Shown one piece after another: positions 14,461-28,950 of a stretch of DNA of 64,000 nucleotides. Each line of letters starts with the position of its first letter. Position 1 is the first letter of the stretch. Location of the stretch: positions 1-64,000 of the forward strand of contig NW_026862257.1 in the NCBI RefSeq assembly GCF_026571515.1, written 5' to 3'. Made by a program: the position numbers and the translations under genes. The DNA comes from Ruditapes philippinarum (lineage: Eukaryota). The notes under the pieces are model-generated. The model saw only the letters and a program-made list of their open reading frames with translations. It did not search any database and was not told the origin of the DNA.

Positions 14461-17400
14461 ATTATCATATGTATTTCTTTTTTTCTATCATTTTTTTAAT
14501 AACGTATTGATTCTTAGTTTAACAACGTAGGACCGCAAGCTATAACATTCTATTGTGAATAAAATATCAATGACTATTCAGTAACGGTCTATACATAATC
14601 AATACAATTTTATCACCTTTCTTGCTGATTGTCTTGAAGTTCCTTTTTACACAACACAATACAAATGAGTTTTATTCACGTTACAAAACCCTGAAGAGGG
14701 CATTATATTTGTACTTCTTATACTTAAGTTCCCTTCCATTATATTGTGATTAAGATTTATGTTCGTGTATCCTTCTTGGTATTTTAGATGTGCATATTTT
14801 CCACTACTTATATTTATATATACAAAATTATTGTAATAAGTATTTATCTTAAATAGATAACGTGATAAATATTTCACAGAAATTAACGAAACTGAGTTAA
14901 AAAATAAAGAAACAAAGTCAGTTATAGATACATATACAAATTCACAGCAGTACTTCAGAATTCAGAAGTATCGCAGCCCCTTGAGAGATATATAAAAAAC
15001 GACGTTAAGTAATTGAACAAGTGTCTAAACAAATATGAAAACGAAATGTACAGAATATAGGAGCTTTCATTGCATGAAAAAAAATCATCTGTAAAACATT
15101 ACTGTTTACATTTGCAGGTTAAGAACAAAATTGTTTTATTCAATTAACATATTTTCTTAAAGAATGAATTCAGGGAAAGTTATAGACTTATAGATTTTGC
15201 AATCTAACAATTGTTTTTGTTTGTCATAAATCAACTGAATATTAATATCTTTTCTTTCTGTGAGTGTCTCAATTTATGCTTTAAAACCCCCCGAATACAA
15301 CAGCATATGATAAACCCAATACATTTTATTATCTTAGGGATAATTGCTGTGAAGTTACAATTATTGTTTTATCTTTGTGTGCATGAAAACAACAGAGGTT
15401 GGAAGGGAAAATTGCATATTAAACCCCGTATGTATCCGCAAGTAAGATTATTTTAAAAATTCTGTATGTTTATGTTTATATTTGGTTGAAGCTAGAAATG
15501 TTCGCGGATTTGTTATAACTGACATATTCGCGGCTATAAAGATTCGCGGAATCATACCTACCGCGAAAAGCGCTAACTTAAAACGCGCGAAATATTTTCT
15601 AGGAATACAGTAACTAACAACTGTCGCAATCTGAATATATTAACTTTGGTAACTTTAGTAAACCTCGTTAAACATTTCATACTTAAACGTTTAGAAAAAA
15701 CGCATCTTGAGCTATATTGATAAATTCAAGATGGCAATGTGTGTTTAATATGCAGTGAGATATTTTTGTTTACAACAAAATCATTTATAATTGTTGTTTT
15801 TTATTCAAGTCTACCACAAACAGATAGATGTTTACAATAGTTAAGATATACATTCCTTTCTGAAAAAAAAGAAACCAAAATATATGTATGGCCATAAATA
15901 GCTGATAAATAAAAGAGACTGCTTATTGCAACTGTTAACATGATAGTTTGTGGTTTCACATGCAACCTTGATTTTTATATTTCATATCGTAAAATGAAGA
16001 CAATGATTCGAAAACATCATTAATCAGTAAGGTCACTCGATATCTATGTTGCATTATTATCTGAATATTTTTTATTATTATATTGTTATTTGTACCATCA
16101 AGGATACGTGCATGATTTCTTGTCTTTACTTTTTAATTCAATTATGAGAAGCATAAAAATTGTGTTTTAAGTTTTGTACGTTTTAAACTTTATTTCTTAT
16201 GATCTGTCTGGAGGGTTTGCTTACAATTGATATATTCCTACCTTGACATTTTATTGAATAATCACAAACATTGACATGTGTGCTATTATAACAAATATCT
16301 TGTTGTGGTAAAATTCTTATTGTAATCCGTTCGTATGATTATTTGAATTAAACATATAAGGGTATTGTAGAAAACTGTGCTTAGATTCAAGAAAAGCATT
16401 TAAGTTAAGCCTTTCCGAATTATTTGTAAACGATCACATATTTCTGATTTTGGTCATGTTTTCATGGTATAAAAGCGTATACATCTGATTCCACGTTTGT
16501 TTAATTGGTGCACTGCTATTTTTTTAATTCTTCTCACTAAGAAACTTTATCGTCGGTATAATATATTCATGATTTAATTCAGTATGTTTCCCCTTTCGCA
16601 ATATTAATTCAATAAAGCTGTTGGTTATCGAAGAATCGTCTTTCGATATATTAAACGCTATCACATTTGGTTTCCCAAGTGATATATTGTAAATCAAGCG
16701 TACTTCTTGATCATTTAGTTAAGTTTTTTACCATTCAGTGAACGCATTTTGACCATTCCGAGTCAATTCCTCTCTTTTTCGACTTCTTTTAAATATGATT
16801 AACGTTGTACGCATTTTGTTAACATATATTATCATCATGTCCTGTTTATTGTCATTTTATGCCTAGTTATGTCAAGTAGTTATTATGCGTCGACATTGTA
16901 CAAATAAAAAAATTAAACAAAAGAAAAAAGCATTGCACAACAAAATTGTTTCCGTTTTACAAAGTTCATATCTAAAAAAATGTAGAAACCGTCACATGGA
17001 AAAATATTTTGCAGTATAGCTTAAGATTGTTGATTTCTAAACTGTACAAATTTTTAAGGTTTAAGATAAATATGCAGCAGTTTGATACTAATTTTCTTTT
17101 CAATGTAGAATATGAATGTCTGCTGAGTACTAACTTTATTGTTCCTAACGGACAAGAAATAAAAACCTACAGACAGACTTTGATGTTTTTACTCAAGCAA
17201 ATTTATGTTTATTACAAAATGATAGCAAATTTATGTTACAAATTTTTTTACGTGATTTCATTTAATAGTTCATCTATGGAAACCCTCTTACGATACCAGA
17301 AAATACACAAACACATACTATCTTCTGTTAAAATGTCTTCAAAGCCTACATTATGAACATCGTAAATAGTTTTCTAAAAGTAAATAAGAAAACAAAAACG

Positions 17401-17956
17401 ATATTAAACGAACTTAAAAACTATTCATATTGATGTTCTTATGACATTTACATGTATCCGATAGGAATAATTGATACCATTTTAACAATGTTGATTTGAT
17501 TAGAACGCTTATGTTATAGAAGACGTCCGCTAAAATAGCTCTGTAAAAAGAGCAATTTCTCTGCAAAATGTCTGCAAATTAGAACGTTTATGAGCTTTTC
17601 AAACACCATTGAAACATTTATTGTTCCATTGAAAGACTAACATATAGTTGCTGTTAGGCATACAACTTGGTAATATTATACAAAAAAGGATTTAACAATC
17701 GTAAGGTTAAGTCCAACTTGTAAATGGCTAAACAGCTTCTTCTTAAATATTCAGATCCCATTCAAGACGCAATGTTAAATAAATGTTCCAATGTATAAAA
17801 TTCTGTAACGAAAAAAAAGTCTGTTAAAACAAACGTCATTACATTTCCTATTTCTTGTTACATTAAAACAATTTATACTTTTACATTCATTTTTGTCTAA
17901 ATAATCTTTATACGGACGAACGGAAAGACTGTCAAGTGATAAATTGTATAATTGGA

Positions 17957-17985
17957 ATAATAATAATAATACTTATAATAATACT

Positions 17986-18026
<41 letters not shown>

Positions 18027-18036
18027 TAATAAATAC

Positions 18037-18070
<34 letters not shown>
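17957..18070 (+). repeat. Imperfect (AAT)n microsatellite; much shorter in the duplicate at about 26107-26132
   Basis: Seen directly. Confidence 0.95.
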
Positions 18071-18071
<1 letters not shown>

Positions 18072-19182
18072 CATTGAAAATGTGTGCTAAACAATACACC
18101 CTTTTTGAAAGTCTTAAATTAAACAGAAACGAAGTTTTGCATTGTTTTACGCATTTATTATCCACTTCTCATGCTTTTTACAATAACATTCGCATTTGAA
18201 TAAATGTGAAGCATACGATTAAATCTTGGTTCATACCTTACAGGAACTGGAACTATTTAACGTTTTCGAGGATCTATAATGCAACAAATTTCTTACAAAA
18301 CAAAAAAAGCTACGTTCATTGTAAATGTTGGTAAAGTAATTACTCAATGGAATAGTTAATTAAACGGCTGTTTCATGTATTATTCAGTTAATGGGAATCC
18401 TTAAGTTCATATCTTATCCTATGTACTAGGATCCGTGTCATATTTTCATTTACCAGGATTGTTATACTTTTAGACTTTACTTATCAAATATTATTAGAAC
18501 CCGTACAATAAAAATAATTTAGAAGTTTGTTACAAGACATAAAATAAGTAACAATCACATGGTACTTCGTTGATTTTAGCTAGGTGCTTTGTAAAGTGCA
18601 AACAAAAAAGTAAACATGTCGTAAATAAAGTTAAAACAGTGATCTTATAAGCTTAAAGAATGCTTCATCAAGTTAAGTTACAATTCATTACAAATATTTA
18701 CCTAGGGAAATATATACTACATTGATAGACAGATCCGTGCTCGGTGTTTTCATGTAATTGCCATGACATCATATGATGCATTTTCTAAACACTATGCTTT
18801 TATTGTCACGAATATATGACAACTGAGAGCACACGCCTGTCGATCTTAAGAATTGTAACATGTTCATGCATATATTCAAATACTTTTCATGATGTTTGTC
18901 ATAGCCGACTGCGACAATACTGTAGACGCTCAGTTAATTCCTAGAAAATTGCATGTAGTGGTAAAAAATGCATAACCATATATTGCAAGTATCCATTCTA
19001 TATTACTGATGTTTACAAGCCAAACAGAAATCTAATGCAAATATCTAAAAATGTCAAAAGATGAATTTTATCGTGTCTGTCAATACTAGAAAGATTGCAC
19101 ATTTAAGACCACATTAAATATAGTAAGTAAACTTTCCTAAACTTTTTCGTGTTTGCAATTAAAAACTTAAACAAATACTTAA

Positions 19183-19553
19183 AGTGACACTCTGCCCATC
19201 CAAAGTGACACTCTGCCCATCCATGGGTAGATATAGAGTGAACAGGTGAAGGTCAAAATAAGTTAACATTTTCTCATAATTCCTTTCAAGTTATAATTTA
19301 CTTCACATGGACGATAAATAACTTACTAGGCCCTGTGAAATGTGTGTATCCGTCAGAAAGTATCTGTAACTTTCAATTTTTAAAAAAGAGTGCGACAGTC
19401 GTTTTATATTTTTTTTAAGTATATTTATTTTTTACCCTTAAAATTTTTAAATATCATATGTTGGTCAATCACCATTATAACGACCAGATTATTGAAATAT
19501 ACATTCAATTACGTAAAGTCAATTTGAAAATGAAAAAAAAGCAAAATGTCACT
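19183..19553. mobile_element. Putative Kolobok-like MITE (short TIR AGTGACA, TTAA flanks); duplicate at 31534-31877
   Basis: TTAA|AGTGACA ... TGTCACT|TTAA. The TIR is only 7 bp, so support is moderate. Confidence 0.5.
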
Positions 19554-20896
19554 TTAACCAAAGATATTCTTACCACAATACTAACTCAAACCTCCTAGTT
19601 TTGACCTATGTATTGCATGGTTATTTATTTATATTTTAGCTTTTTTCGTTTATATGAAAGTTAATTTGTTTTCATTACAACAACGATAATATCAACATTT
19701 AATTTGCGACTTATCACTATTTAAATACATGAATTTAATAACATAGTTGAAGAAATTAAAAATTTAGTTATCTTTTTGGTTTGCATTATCTTACAAAAAC
19801 AATAAACACTAATTGATTCCGGGACCTAAAATAAACACGAGTCTTCTATACGACAATACAAACCAAAGAAACCATAGAGATAATAGGGATCCCTCAAGAA
19901 AGTCCAAAACGGCAAAATTGACAATGTTGCAGGCTCGGTTTGATTGAGCCTGTTCATGGACGGTACTGTCAAGTGCAATCTACCACCCACGTCCACTAGC
20001 ACCAGCTTAAGCAGTATTCAACAGTTAACATGAAATAGTAAACTTTAAAGAAAATACCTATAATACAAGTATGAGACATTTCATATCATAGGTCATTGTA
20101 TATCTTAAGTCTGATTATTTTTATTTGATATTGATCACTTGCTTTGCTCATTGTTATCTGGGTGGGAAAAAGGTTCCTAATTATTTTGTTTATCTGAATG
20201 TAATATTAAAGTAATAGGACACAAAGCTGTCACGCTAGTTTTTTTACAGGGAAAATAAAAGTTTTTTTTTTTGTTAGTAAGCAATTACTCTCGGAAACAC
20301 ATTATGTTGTGTTTTTCTTTTATTATTAAATTTTATGAAATAGCAATACAAGTTTTATTATTAACTTGGAACCCTTGAGCACCTATAGAAACGTTTAACA
20401 GATAAAGCATTTGGAATAAAAAATGATCTATACAGTGTATCAAAACTACAATTCATATTTTAAAGCAAACTGATAAACAATTATTGTAAACAGAAATATT
20501 TCACTTAATCTTGAAAACAGAACAATAGAACATGAAGTTTTAGAAACGGTTTCATTAACAAGTCCTAAGCAAAAACTATTGACAGTTTCTAGTTCCCGCT
20601 TGATGCAATCACAGCTAGAGCAAAAACATCTTGACATAAAAGCAAAGTTTACTGACGTAATTGTAATGCAAAATATATCCCAACGTACAATAAAATAATA
20701 AAAGAGAGCGACTTTCCAGACAACAATTTCCCTGGCCAATAGTAGGCAAAACGTATAATCAAAACAATGCATGAATAAAACATCCAACGGTATAAACAAA
20801 ACCATTACATTAACAAACTAAATATAACGTCTATATTACAGGATTGTAAATGTAAGTAATTTGTCTCGGTTGTAATTTAAAACTGAAATGATGAAT

Positions 20897-21012
20897 GCCA
20901 GAAATAATGCACGAAAGGGCACCTGAGGTCTTCCTCTACCAGTAAAGCCGGAACGTCGCCATATGACCTATACTGTGTCGGTGTGACGTAAAACCCAATC
21001 AAACAAACAAAA
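20897..21012 (+). mobile_element. SINE 3' half (duplicate at about 33203-33328)
   Basis: GAAATAATGCACG..GGGCACCTGAGGTCTTCCTC...TGTGTCGGTGTGACGTAAAACCCAA(TCAAAC)(AAAC)n. Confidence 0.85.
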
Positions 21013-23322
21013 ACTGTATTTGTGACACATCACATTTTCATTTACGAATGTATTTAATGACTTTGGCAGGATTATAACTATAGCTTTGAATAACATCTGC
21101 ACACGCATGTTTTTACAAACGGAGAAGAATAATGCATCATACAAACACTCTCCATTGTTGCACCTTATGTTTAATACGCGTAAATCAGGACGCCGTGTAA
21201 AAATAGCTGACTGCAACGACGGTCCCAGTAGCTTCGTGAAAAACTTATTTCATCATAACTTCAAATGACATCGTACTGGTACGTAAAAAGCACGACAAAA
21301 ACATAATTTATTGAAGACAAATCACTAAAAGCAGAATGCAAGACTAGGTCTGGTCCATAATTTTTCTTGCATAAACACTTGTAGATCTCAGAACATGACA
21401 GATTTAGAAGCCTGCTATAAAGGCTTTAAATGCACCCAAGTGGTTCTGTAGATGCTACTGCACGAAAAAGGTGCATTACCAGTTTATAATTACTTAGCTT
21501 GTACAGCTACAAAACGTTTGTCTCTACTTCTCATTTACACACTTTATTACCTTGCTACAAGCCCTAGGCTTACAATATGCAAGTTTATCATTTGATTAAA
21601 TGTAGTTTTAATATCTGATTTAATGTAATAGACATCTAGACATCTGGAATCACTGATTTCTCATTTATGTCTCTTTTTCCAAACAAAAAATATTCATGAA
21701 CTACAGCTTTGGGATACATACTAGAATGTATTTCCCTAGTCCTATTAATGACTTAACTGTTTTTGGATTTTTATTGATGGCCTTCTCCACTCAACTTTTT
21801 GTCTGTATTTGAGAGAACACAACATCCATCTGTCTATTTAAGGATAAAGTAAAAATATTATTCAAGCTAGTCGTATTTAAGAGCATAAAGGATAGACATT
21901 TAAAAGATTTATCTAATAAAGCTATATTTTCCATTATTCAAAACCATTTTTCTTAAAAATGGGAATCAAAAGATACTGCAATGGCTACAACCGAATTGCT
22001 ACATACATATATGAAAATATATGTAAAGTAAAAAAAAAATAACAGAAAATCAACAAAATATGGTTGGATTTAGTTTTTTTAAAAAGCATGTAAATTATAA
22101 TTACAAAATTATTGCTGGACAAAGCAACACTTTTTCGTGAGATGAGAATTAACAATAATCAGTTTTGAGCTTTAAAAGAAAAATGATGTTATTCTTATAA
22201 AAATCTGGAAACAAAGTGATCCCTCGGAAGCATTAATCAAAACAAAATAACATGAAAATTGCAGACTCGGTTTGATTTAGTCTGTATATAAGGGATAATG
22301 ACAAGTTCAACATCTCCTGCCCGCTGAGCACCGGTTTGAGTGGTACTCAATATTCAACAGTGCTGACATTAAACCTTAATAAAACGTCGACTTTGAGTAT
22401 ACATGAAAACTTGCCTTGCACAAATTCTATACCCTTCTTTATATATCAAATTGGCACACATGTATAAGATTTGAAATATGAGTGTATCATGTAATATCCT
22501 GGTATACTATTACATTTTTTAAACATAGACATACATAAACCAGCTTTAAATCAAATGTGAATATAAATTATTCAAAAGGGATGTGATATAGACAATCAGA
22601 ATATCTTAACTACAAATACCAGAATTGCTACCAGATCGAAATGGAATATCTCTGCTCTGCTTATTAAATATTTGTTTTTAATGACATACTACAAAGAATA
22701 ACCTTTTGAGCAAGATTTCGTTTTAGTACATTACGTGTTAACTCCTATTTAATTCTAATACGAGTTAATCAGTTATTGCACTAACGTGACATTATCTTTT
22801 TTGGATTACTTTTAATGTTGTTATTTTCTGCAAAAACAGTAGTGAACATAAACATAAACAAAAAAAACTTTACTAATCAATGACGAAAAGATACACTGTA
22901 CGAGTGTTCAGACTATTATTCAAATATTTAAATACAAATGCGGGTTTTACAGTAACTGTTGAACAAGTGTCTGTTGGATTTGGTATAAATCAAGTTACTC
23001 TATTTTTTTACAATACAGTTGTCATTAATCGTATATACACAATCAATTTGACGAATGTGAGTTTAATTACAACTTTATCCATTTGGTCGACTTAAATTGA
23101 TTACATGCTTTTTTAACAATCCGGGTTACTTAAGTCTTAGTTCTTTTCATTAATGAGAATTTCAAGTAAAATGAAATTAGTAGGAGATTGATTAGATTTG
23201 CATTAACATAACTATTACTACGTTACATACGTTATATTTTAAGAAAAATAGATATTTCATTTGCTTTTTCTTTATATAGACCGTACGTATTCGTTGTGTT
23301 ATTAAGTCGAATTTGATTTTAA

Positions 23323-23777
23323 AGGGAGACACAGGCAAACTTTTCATTTCTTCGTTTTGTAATTTTCATTCATTATTCTGTAAATGTCCTAAAACAAATA
23401 CACGCGGCAGTCACAGGAACAAAACTTTTCTCTTTATAAAGAATGAAATGGTAGTTTCCTAACTTGACCCAAATCGGCCAGGTTTCTCAATTGTTGTCAA
23501 AGTGAACTCTGGAAACATTAAAGAGCATGTCAAATGAATGACTTACTCTTACTTCATTGATTCAATATCAAAAGTATCTGTTATTGTAACTTCTAGAGTT
23601 TGTTTAAATAGGCGTCTAAATGTCGTTCTACATATATATGTATATTTACACTTAAACCCAAAATATATAAAATGTATACAGAAATTCATGCTGGGACTGA
23701 AGAAATGCCATTTTAGCGTGATTTGAGTACATAAGATCATTTTAATATTTTTGTCATTAATTTACCTGTGAATCCCT
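23323..23777. mobile_element. Kolobok-like MITE family K1 (455 bp); duplicate at 35740-36198
   Basis: TTAA|AGGGAGACACAGGCAAA ... TTTACCTGTGAATCCCT|TTAA: an imperfect 17-bp TIR, TTAA TSD and AG..CT termini; an independent third copy sits at 3468. Confidence 0.8.
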
Positions 23778-26700
23778 TTAAAGCGATACATTTAAGTTTG
23801 CATATAAATATTGTCTTTAAATACATTTCAAAACTTTTCATGAAAATCAACATGAATCTGGAGGCGTGCTGCTTTAAAAGTTAAAAAAAACTCATCTTAA
23901 CTAAATTCAAGATGGCAATGTGTTTATAGTATGCAGTGCGAATTTCTGTTTACATCAAAAACATTTAATTTTTTTTTATTCAAGTCTACAACAAACAGAT
24001 TGATATTTACGATAGCAGAGACATAAACTCATTTTTGAAAAGAAGGAAACCAAAATTTGTAAATATGTCGCATGACCATTTTAACTCATAAATAAAATAG
24101 ACTGCTTATTGCAAATGTTAACATGATAGTATATGGTTTCACATTCATTTCGTAAAATGAATACAATGATTTGAAAACATCAATAATCATTAAAGTCACT
24201 CAAGATCTATGTATGTAACATTATTTTTAGGCTATTCCTTTTTTTTTAATTTCCGCCATTTGTACCATCAAGGATAGGTGATTTCTTGTCTATACTTTCT
24301 AATTCATTTATAAGAAGCATTAAAATTGTGTTTCAAATAATGTACATTTTAAACTTGATTTCTAACGGTTTGTCTGGAGGGTTTGCTTACAATTGATATA
24401 TTCCTACCTTGACATTTTATTTGAAAAACCACAAACATTGGCATGTGTGCTATTATGACAAATATCTTGTTGTGGTAAAATTCTTATTGTAATCCATTCG
24501 TATGATTATTTGAATTTAATATATAAGGGTAATGCAGGAGACTGTGCTTAAATTCAAGAAAAGTAGAAAAGTATTTTAATTTAAGGCTTTCCGATTTCTT
24601 GTCAGTAAGATAATAATCATTTGTACACGCTCTAATATTTCTGATCTTGGTCATGGTATAAAAGCGTATACATCTGATTGCACGTTTGTTTAATTGGTGC
24701 ACTGTTATTTTTTTAAATTCTTCTCACTTAGAAACTTTATCGTCGGAATAATATATTCATGATTAAATTCTTTCGCAATATTAATTCAATAAGTCTGTCG
24801 TTTATCGAATAATCGTCTTTCGATATATTTAACGCTATCGTTTTATTGAGAAAACATTTAGTTTCCCAAGTGATATATTGTTAATCAAGCGTACTTCTTG
24901 CTCATCTGGTTAGTTTTTTGACCATTCAGTGAACCCATTTTGACCATTCCGAGTCAAATTCCTCTCTCTTTTTCGGCTTCTTTCAAATATAATTAACGTT
25001 GTACGCATTTTGTTAACATAAATTATCAGCATGTCCTGTTTATTGTCATTTTACCGTCGATGCCTTGTTATCTCTAGTAGTTATTATGCATTGACATTGT
25101 GTAAATTGAAAATTTAAACAAACGAAAAAGCATTGCACAACAATAATGTTTCCGTTTTTCAAATTTCATATCTAAAAAATGTACCAACCGTCACATGGAA
25201 GGAAATTCTTATTTGATACTTCGGTTCTGTTTTGCAAGAAGTCATGTTTTGCAGTATAACTTAAGATTGTTGATTTCTAAAATGGGCAAATCTTTAAGGT
25301 TTAAGATAAATAAGCATCAATTTGATTATAATTTTCTTTTCAATGTAGAATATGAATATAACGCGCAAGGACTATCCAGCAAATTTATGTTTATTACTAA
25401 TGTAAGTCACAAAATATTTTACATGATTTAATTTTATAGTTCATCTATGCAAACCCTCTTACGTTACCAGAAAAGACACAAAAACATACTATCTTCTATT
25501 AAAATGTCTACAAGGCCTACATTTATGAACATCGTAAAAAGTTTTCTAAAAGTAAATAAGAAAACAAAAACGATATTAAACGAACTTAAAAACTATCCAA
25601 ATGTATTGTTCTTAGGGCATTTATCCGATAGAAATAATTGATACCATTTTAACAATGTTGATTTGGTTATAACGCTTATGTTATGGGAGATGTCCGCTAA
25701 AATAGCTCTGTAAAAAGAGCAATTTCTCTGCAAAATGTCTGCAAATTAGACCTTTTTATGAGCTTTTCAAACACCATTGAAACATTTATGGTTCCATTGA
25801 AAGACTAACATATAGTTTTTTTAAGCTTACAAATTGGTATTATTATAGAAAAAAGGAATTAACAATCGTAAGGTTAAGTCCAACTCGTAAATGGCTAAAC
25901 AGCTTCTTCTTAAATATTCAGATCCCATTCAAGACGCAATGTTAAATAAATGTTCCAATGTATAAAATTCTGTAACGAAATAAGTCTGTTAAAACAAACG
26001 TCATTACATTTCCTATTTCTTGTTACATTAAATCAATTTATACTTTTATATTCATTTTTGTCTTTATCTTTTTACAGACGGACAAAGTGATAAATTGTAT
26101 AATTGGAATAATAATAATAATAATAATAATAAACATTGAAAATGTGTGCAAAGCACACAAAAAACACCCTTTTGAAAGTGTTAAATAACACAGAAAAAGT
26201 TTTTGCATAATTTATGCTCCAATGGTTTTCATTTATTATCCACTTCTCATACATTTTACAATGAGATACGTTTTTGAATAAACGTGTAGCATACGATTAC
26301 ATCTTGGTTCTTGTCTTACAGGAACTGGAATTGTTTAACGTTTTCGAAGATCTATAATGCGACAAATTTCTTACAAAACAAATAAACTACGTTCATTGTA
26401 AATAATGGTAAAGTAATTACTCAATGGAATAGTTAATTAAACGGCTGTTTCATGTATTATTCAGTTAATGGGAAACCTTAAGTTCATATCTTGTCCTACG
26501 TACTAGGATCCGTGTCATATTTTCATTTACCAGGATTGCTATAGTCTTAAACTTTACTTCACAAATATAATAAGAACCCGTACAATAAAAATAATTTAGA
26601 AGTTTGTTTCCAGACATAAAACAAGTAACAATCACATCACGGTGTCAAGGGTATACGCATCATTTTTCCGCGTACCGCCTATAATCTATCATCCTGCGCG

Positions 26701-27684
26701 CAGCACCGTATCATTCTTACGTAATCTTCTGAAAAGTTCAAGAGGTAACTTCAAAAATGCGACAGTTTCTTACTAAAATTTATTTTATTTAGAGAGTTTG
26801 CATACACCACGGAACTTTTGAATGATTCATCTATGTGTGCAAAATATTTTGCAACACTATTTGTCTTTCATAACCTAAAACTAATGAAAACACTTTTATA
26901 CATGTGAAACATTTGTGTTCTTGATGCGAACATTTTTCATCCTTTTCCGAAAGTAAAGTTGTCGGAAGAAGTATCATATGTCAAATGATCACAAAAAGCA
27001 TTGATACGAGCTGATTACATACCAATTTTATACAAATAATGCAAAATAATGTTGTAAAATCAAGAAAACTTTGATAAACATGGTACCGCATCATGCAGAA
27101 CCATGGCACCGTTTCTTTTTGCGCGGTAATACTGCATACATGTACTTAAAAATGTGTTTAACTGTTTTTTTTGTTGTTGTTTTTTTTGGAGGGGGTATTG
27201 TTACTTTTTATTGTAGGATTGACAAGAAAAGGTAAATGTTTGGTTATCGGTTAGGGTAAGCGGGGCAGTTGATTACCTGGGCCTGAAAGCAATCTAGACC
27301 TCTATTGTTTTTTTTTAAAGATAATTTCTTATTAAAATTCTATGCTTTCGTAGCAGTTGCATTTTATGTCTGTTGTGGAGTTTAACTTTTCTTTGGACTT
27401 GGGAATTGCATAATATTTGCTGATATCAGTAATTGAACTTTTACTCTCAAATTTGTTAATACAACACACAAGCAAGCCAAAGCTCATATTTCTAAAATAG
27501 TATTTATTTTTTACATTTGAATTTTAGTTACCTTACTAATTGACTGGGCAACGTAACTTATGCATGTTACTGAATTTAAGAAAGGTGGCAACTATGTGCT
27601 TGATTTATCCTCCCTGTATTATTTATTATACGACCATACCCCCAGCAGAGCTATTCAAAAAGTGTCTTCTTACGTCTGTAATAT

Positions 27685-28068
27685 ATGGTGGCTGATTTGG
27701 TACATTGCGCGTTGCGTTTTCGGTATCGTTATTGCCTTTTCGTTTTGTCGCTTACGACAACACGACAAAGCGCCAAACAGCGCATTGTCGCGCTCTCGTC
27801 TTGTCGTCCTGCCTCTAGTGAAGTACGCCAAACGGCGCGTGGACATGTGGCGTGATGACGCCCTGTCGCTTGGCTTATAAGCAAATCCTTCGATTTGAAC
27901 CGAGCGACAATGTGACATTGCAACAACACGCCGCATGACAACGCACCGTTTGGCGTACATCGTTAGCGACATGACGACAAGACGAAAGCCCGACAATGCG
28001 CCGTTTGGCGCTTTGTCGTGTTAGCGCTAGGGTGTTAACGCACAAAAGAATTCCAAATCAGCCATTAT
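27685..28068. mobile_element. CpG-rich foldback MITE nested in the 4.3-kb element
   Basis: Terminal IR TGGCTGATTTGG / CCAAATCAGCCA with TA-rich flanks; internal IRs at 27761-27808 vs 27973-28020 and 27823-27840 vs 27941-27958. Confidence 0.75.
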
Positions 28069-28620
28069 AGTAAGAAGATACTTTTAAATAACCGTTACTT
28101 AAATCCTCTTGCGAATCGAAATATAACAATTTTCGCGATTAAACTTAATTTTCGCATGTTTTATTCGAGAACTGTAACTTATTTACAGTACCAGTGACTA
28201 TAGAGAAAGTCCACGAAAAAAAAAAGTTAAATCTCGCTTCTTATCTATTAAGAAGACCCAGTGCGCTGCTTGATAGTAAAACAAAAGCCTTAAGATTTTT
28301 CAATAAGGGCGATAGTTCTGTCAAAATTCACAATTACAATAGCTCTCCCTATTTTTTCGAATAGTTGAGCTAAATCAAGAGATTAAGTCAATCTTAACAG
28401 GCGATATTTTAACTGTCTCAAACAGGACACTATAGAAACCGATGGAAAGTAGTGCGCATCTCATGAGAAAGTCCAGTTTATCGTGAAATTGGATGGCCAT
28501 TTCCAGGAACAAAGTAACTGTTGATTTTAGCATTGACGAAACTAACAGTTGTTCGTTGGAAGATGGTACACCACATAGTTGTTTTTTATATCGTCTGACA
28601 TTTTTAAAAAAAAACATTAA

Positions 28621-28950
28621 AAGGACTCCACTGAGGTTTAAAAGCCTAAAATCATAACATTTGAATTTCTTACATAAATGAGCTGGGGCACTTTAGACAG
28701 AAATATATGCAAATATAGTTAAGAAATATGCTTTGAAATAATTGAAAATTGTATTTATATGCTTTTCTTAGTCCGATTTGAGTGAAAAGCGTTTAAACGC
28801 TTTTCATTTTGTGACATTTATTTACAATGTGAATAGTTCTTCTGGAAAAACGAAGTGCGCGAATGATCTGAAATTTTGCACAAAGATTGGTACATTTACA
28901 TGGAAAAAAAATTCAGTCAGATCATATCAAAAAACCTCAGTGGAGTCCCT
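28621..28950. mobile_element. Kolobok-like MITE (330 bp) nested in the 4.3-kb element
   Basis: TTAA|AAGGACTCCACTGAGGTTT ... AAACCTCAGTGGAGTCCCT|TTAA (19-bp TIR with 1 mismatch; TTAA TSD). Confidence 0.88.

Larger units (their letters stand above)
15690..23809 (+). repeat. Segmental tandem duplication, copy 1 (about 8.1 kb)
   Basis: Collinear with about 23880-26637 plus 30938-36230. The ORF track also reports duplicated spurious ORFs (for example 21086 and 33401 give an identical 60 aa). Confidence 0.92.

Noticed and set aside
15490-15612. TTCGCG-rich segment ending TACAGTA (similar at about 28090-28190), possible MITE end
   Set aside because: No matching left TIR could be placed confidently.
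17932-18165. Poly-Tyr/poly-Ile ORF
   Set aside because: Translation of the (AAT)n microsatellite.
21086-21268. Identical 60-aa ORFs at 21086 and 33401 as a conserved gene
   Set aside because: Identity reflects the segmental duplication; TTG start and no splice or domain evidence.
26638-26680. Complete 12/23 recombination signal sequence
   Set aside because: Only the heptamer-like part is present; the bases at +12 and +23 (GCATCATTT, CCGCGTACC) do not match ACAAAAACC.
27560-27996. Overlapping 70-108 aa ORFs as transposase remnants
   Set aside because: They arise from the GC-rich palindromic MITE (few stops); no DDE or zinc-finger motifs.
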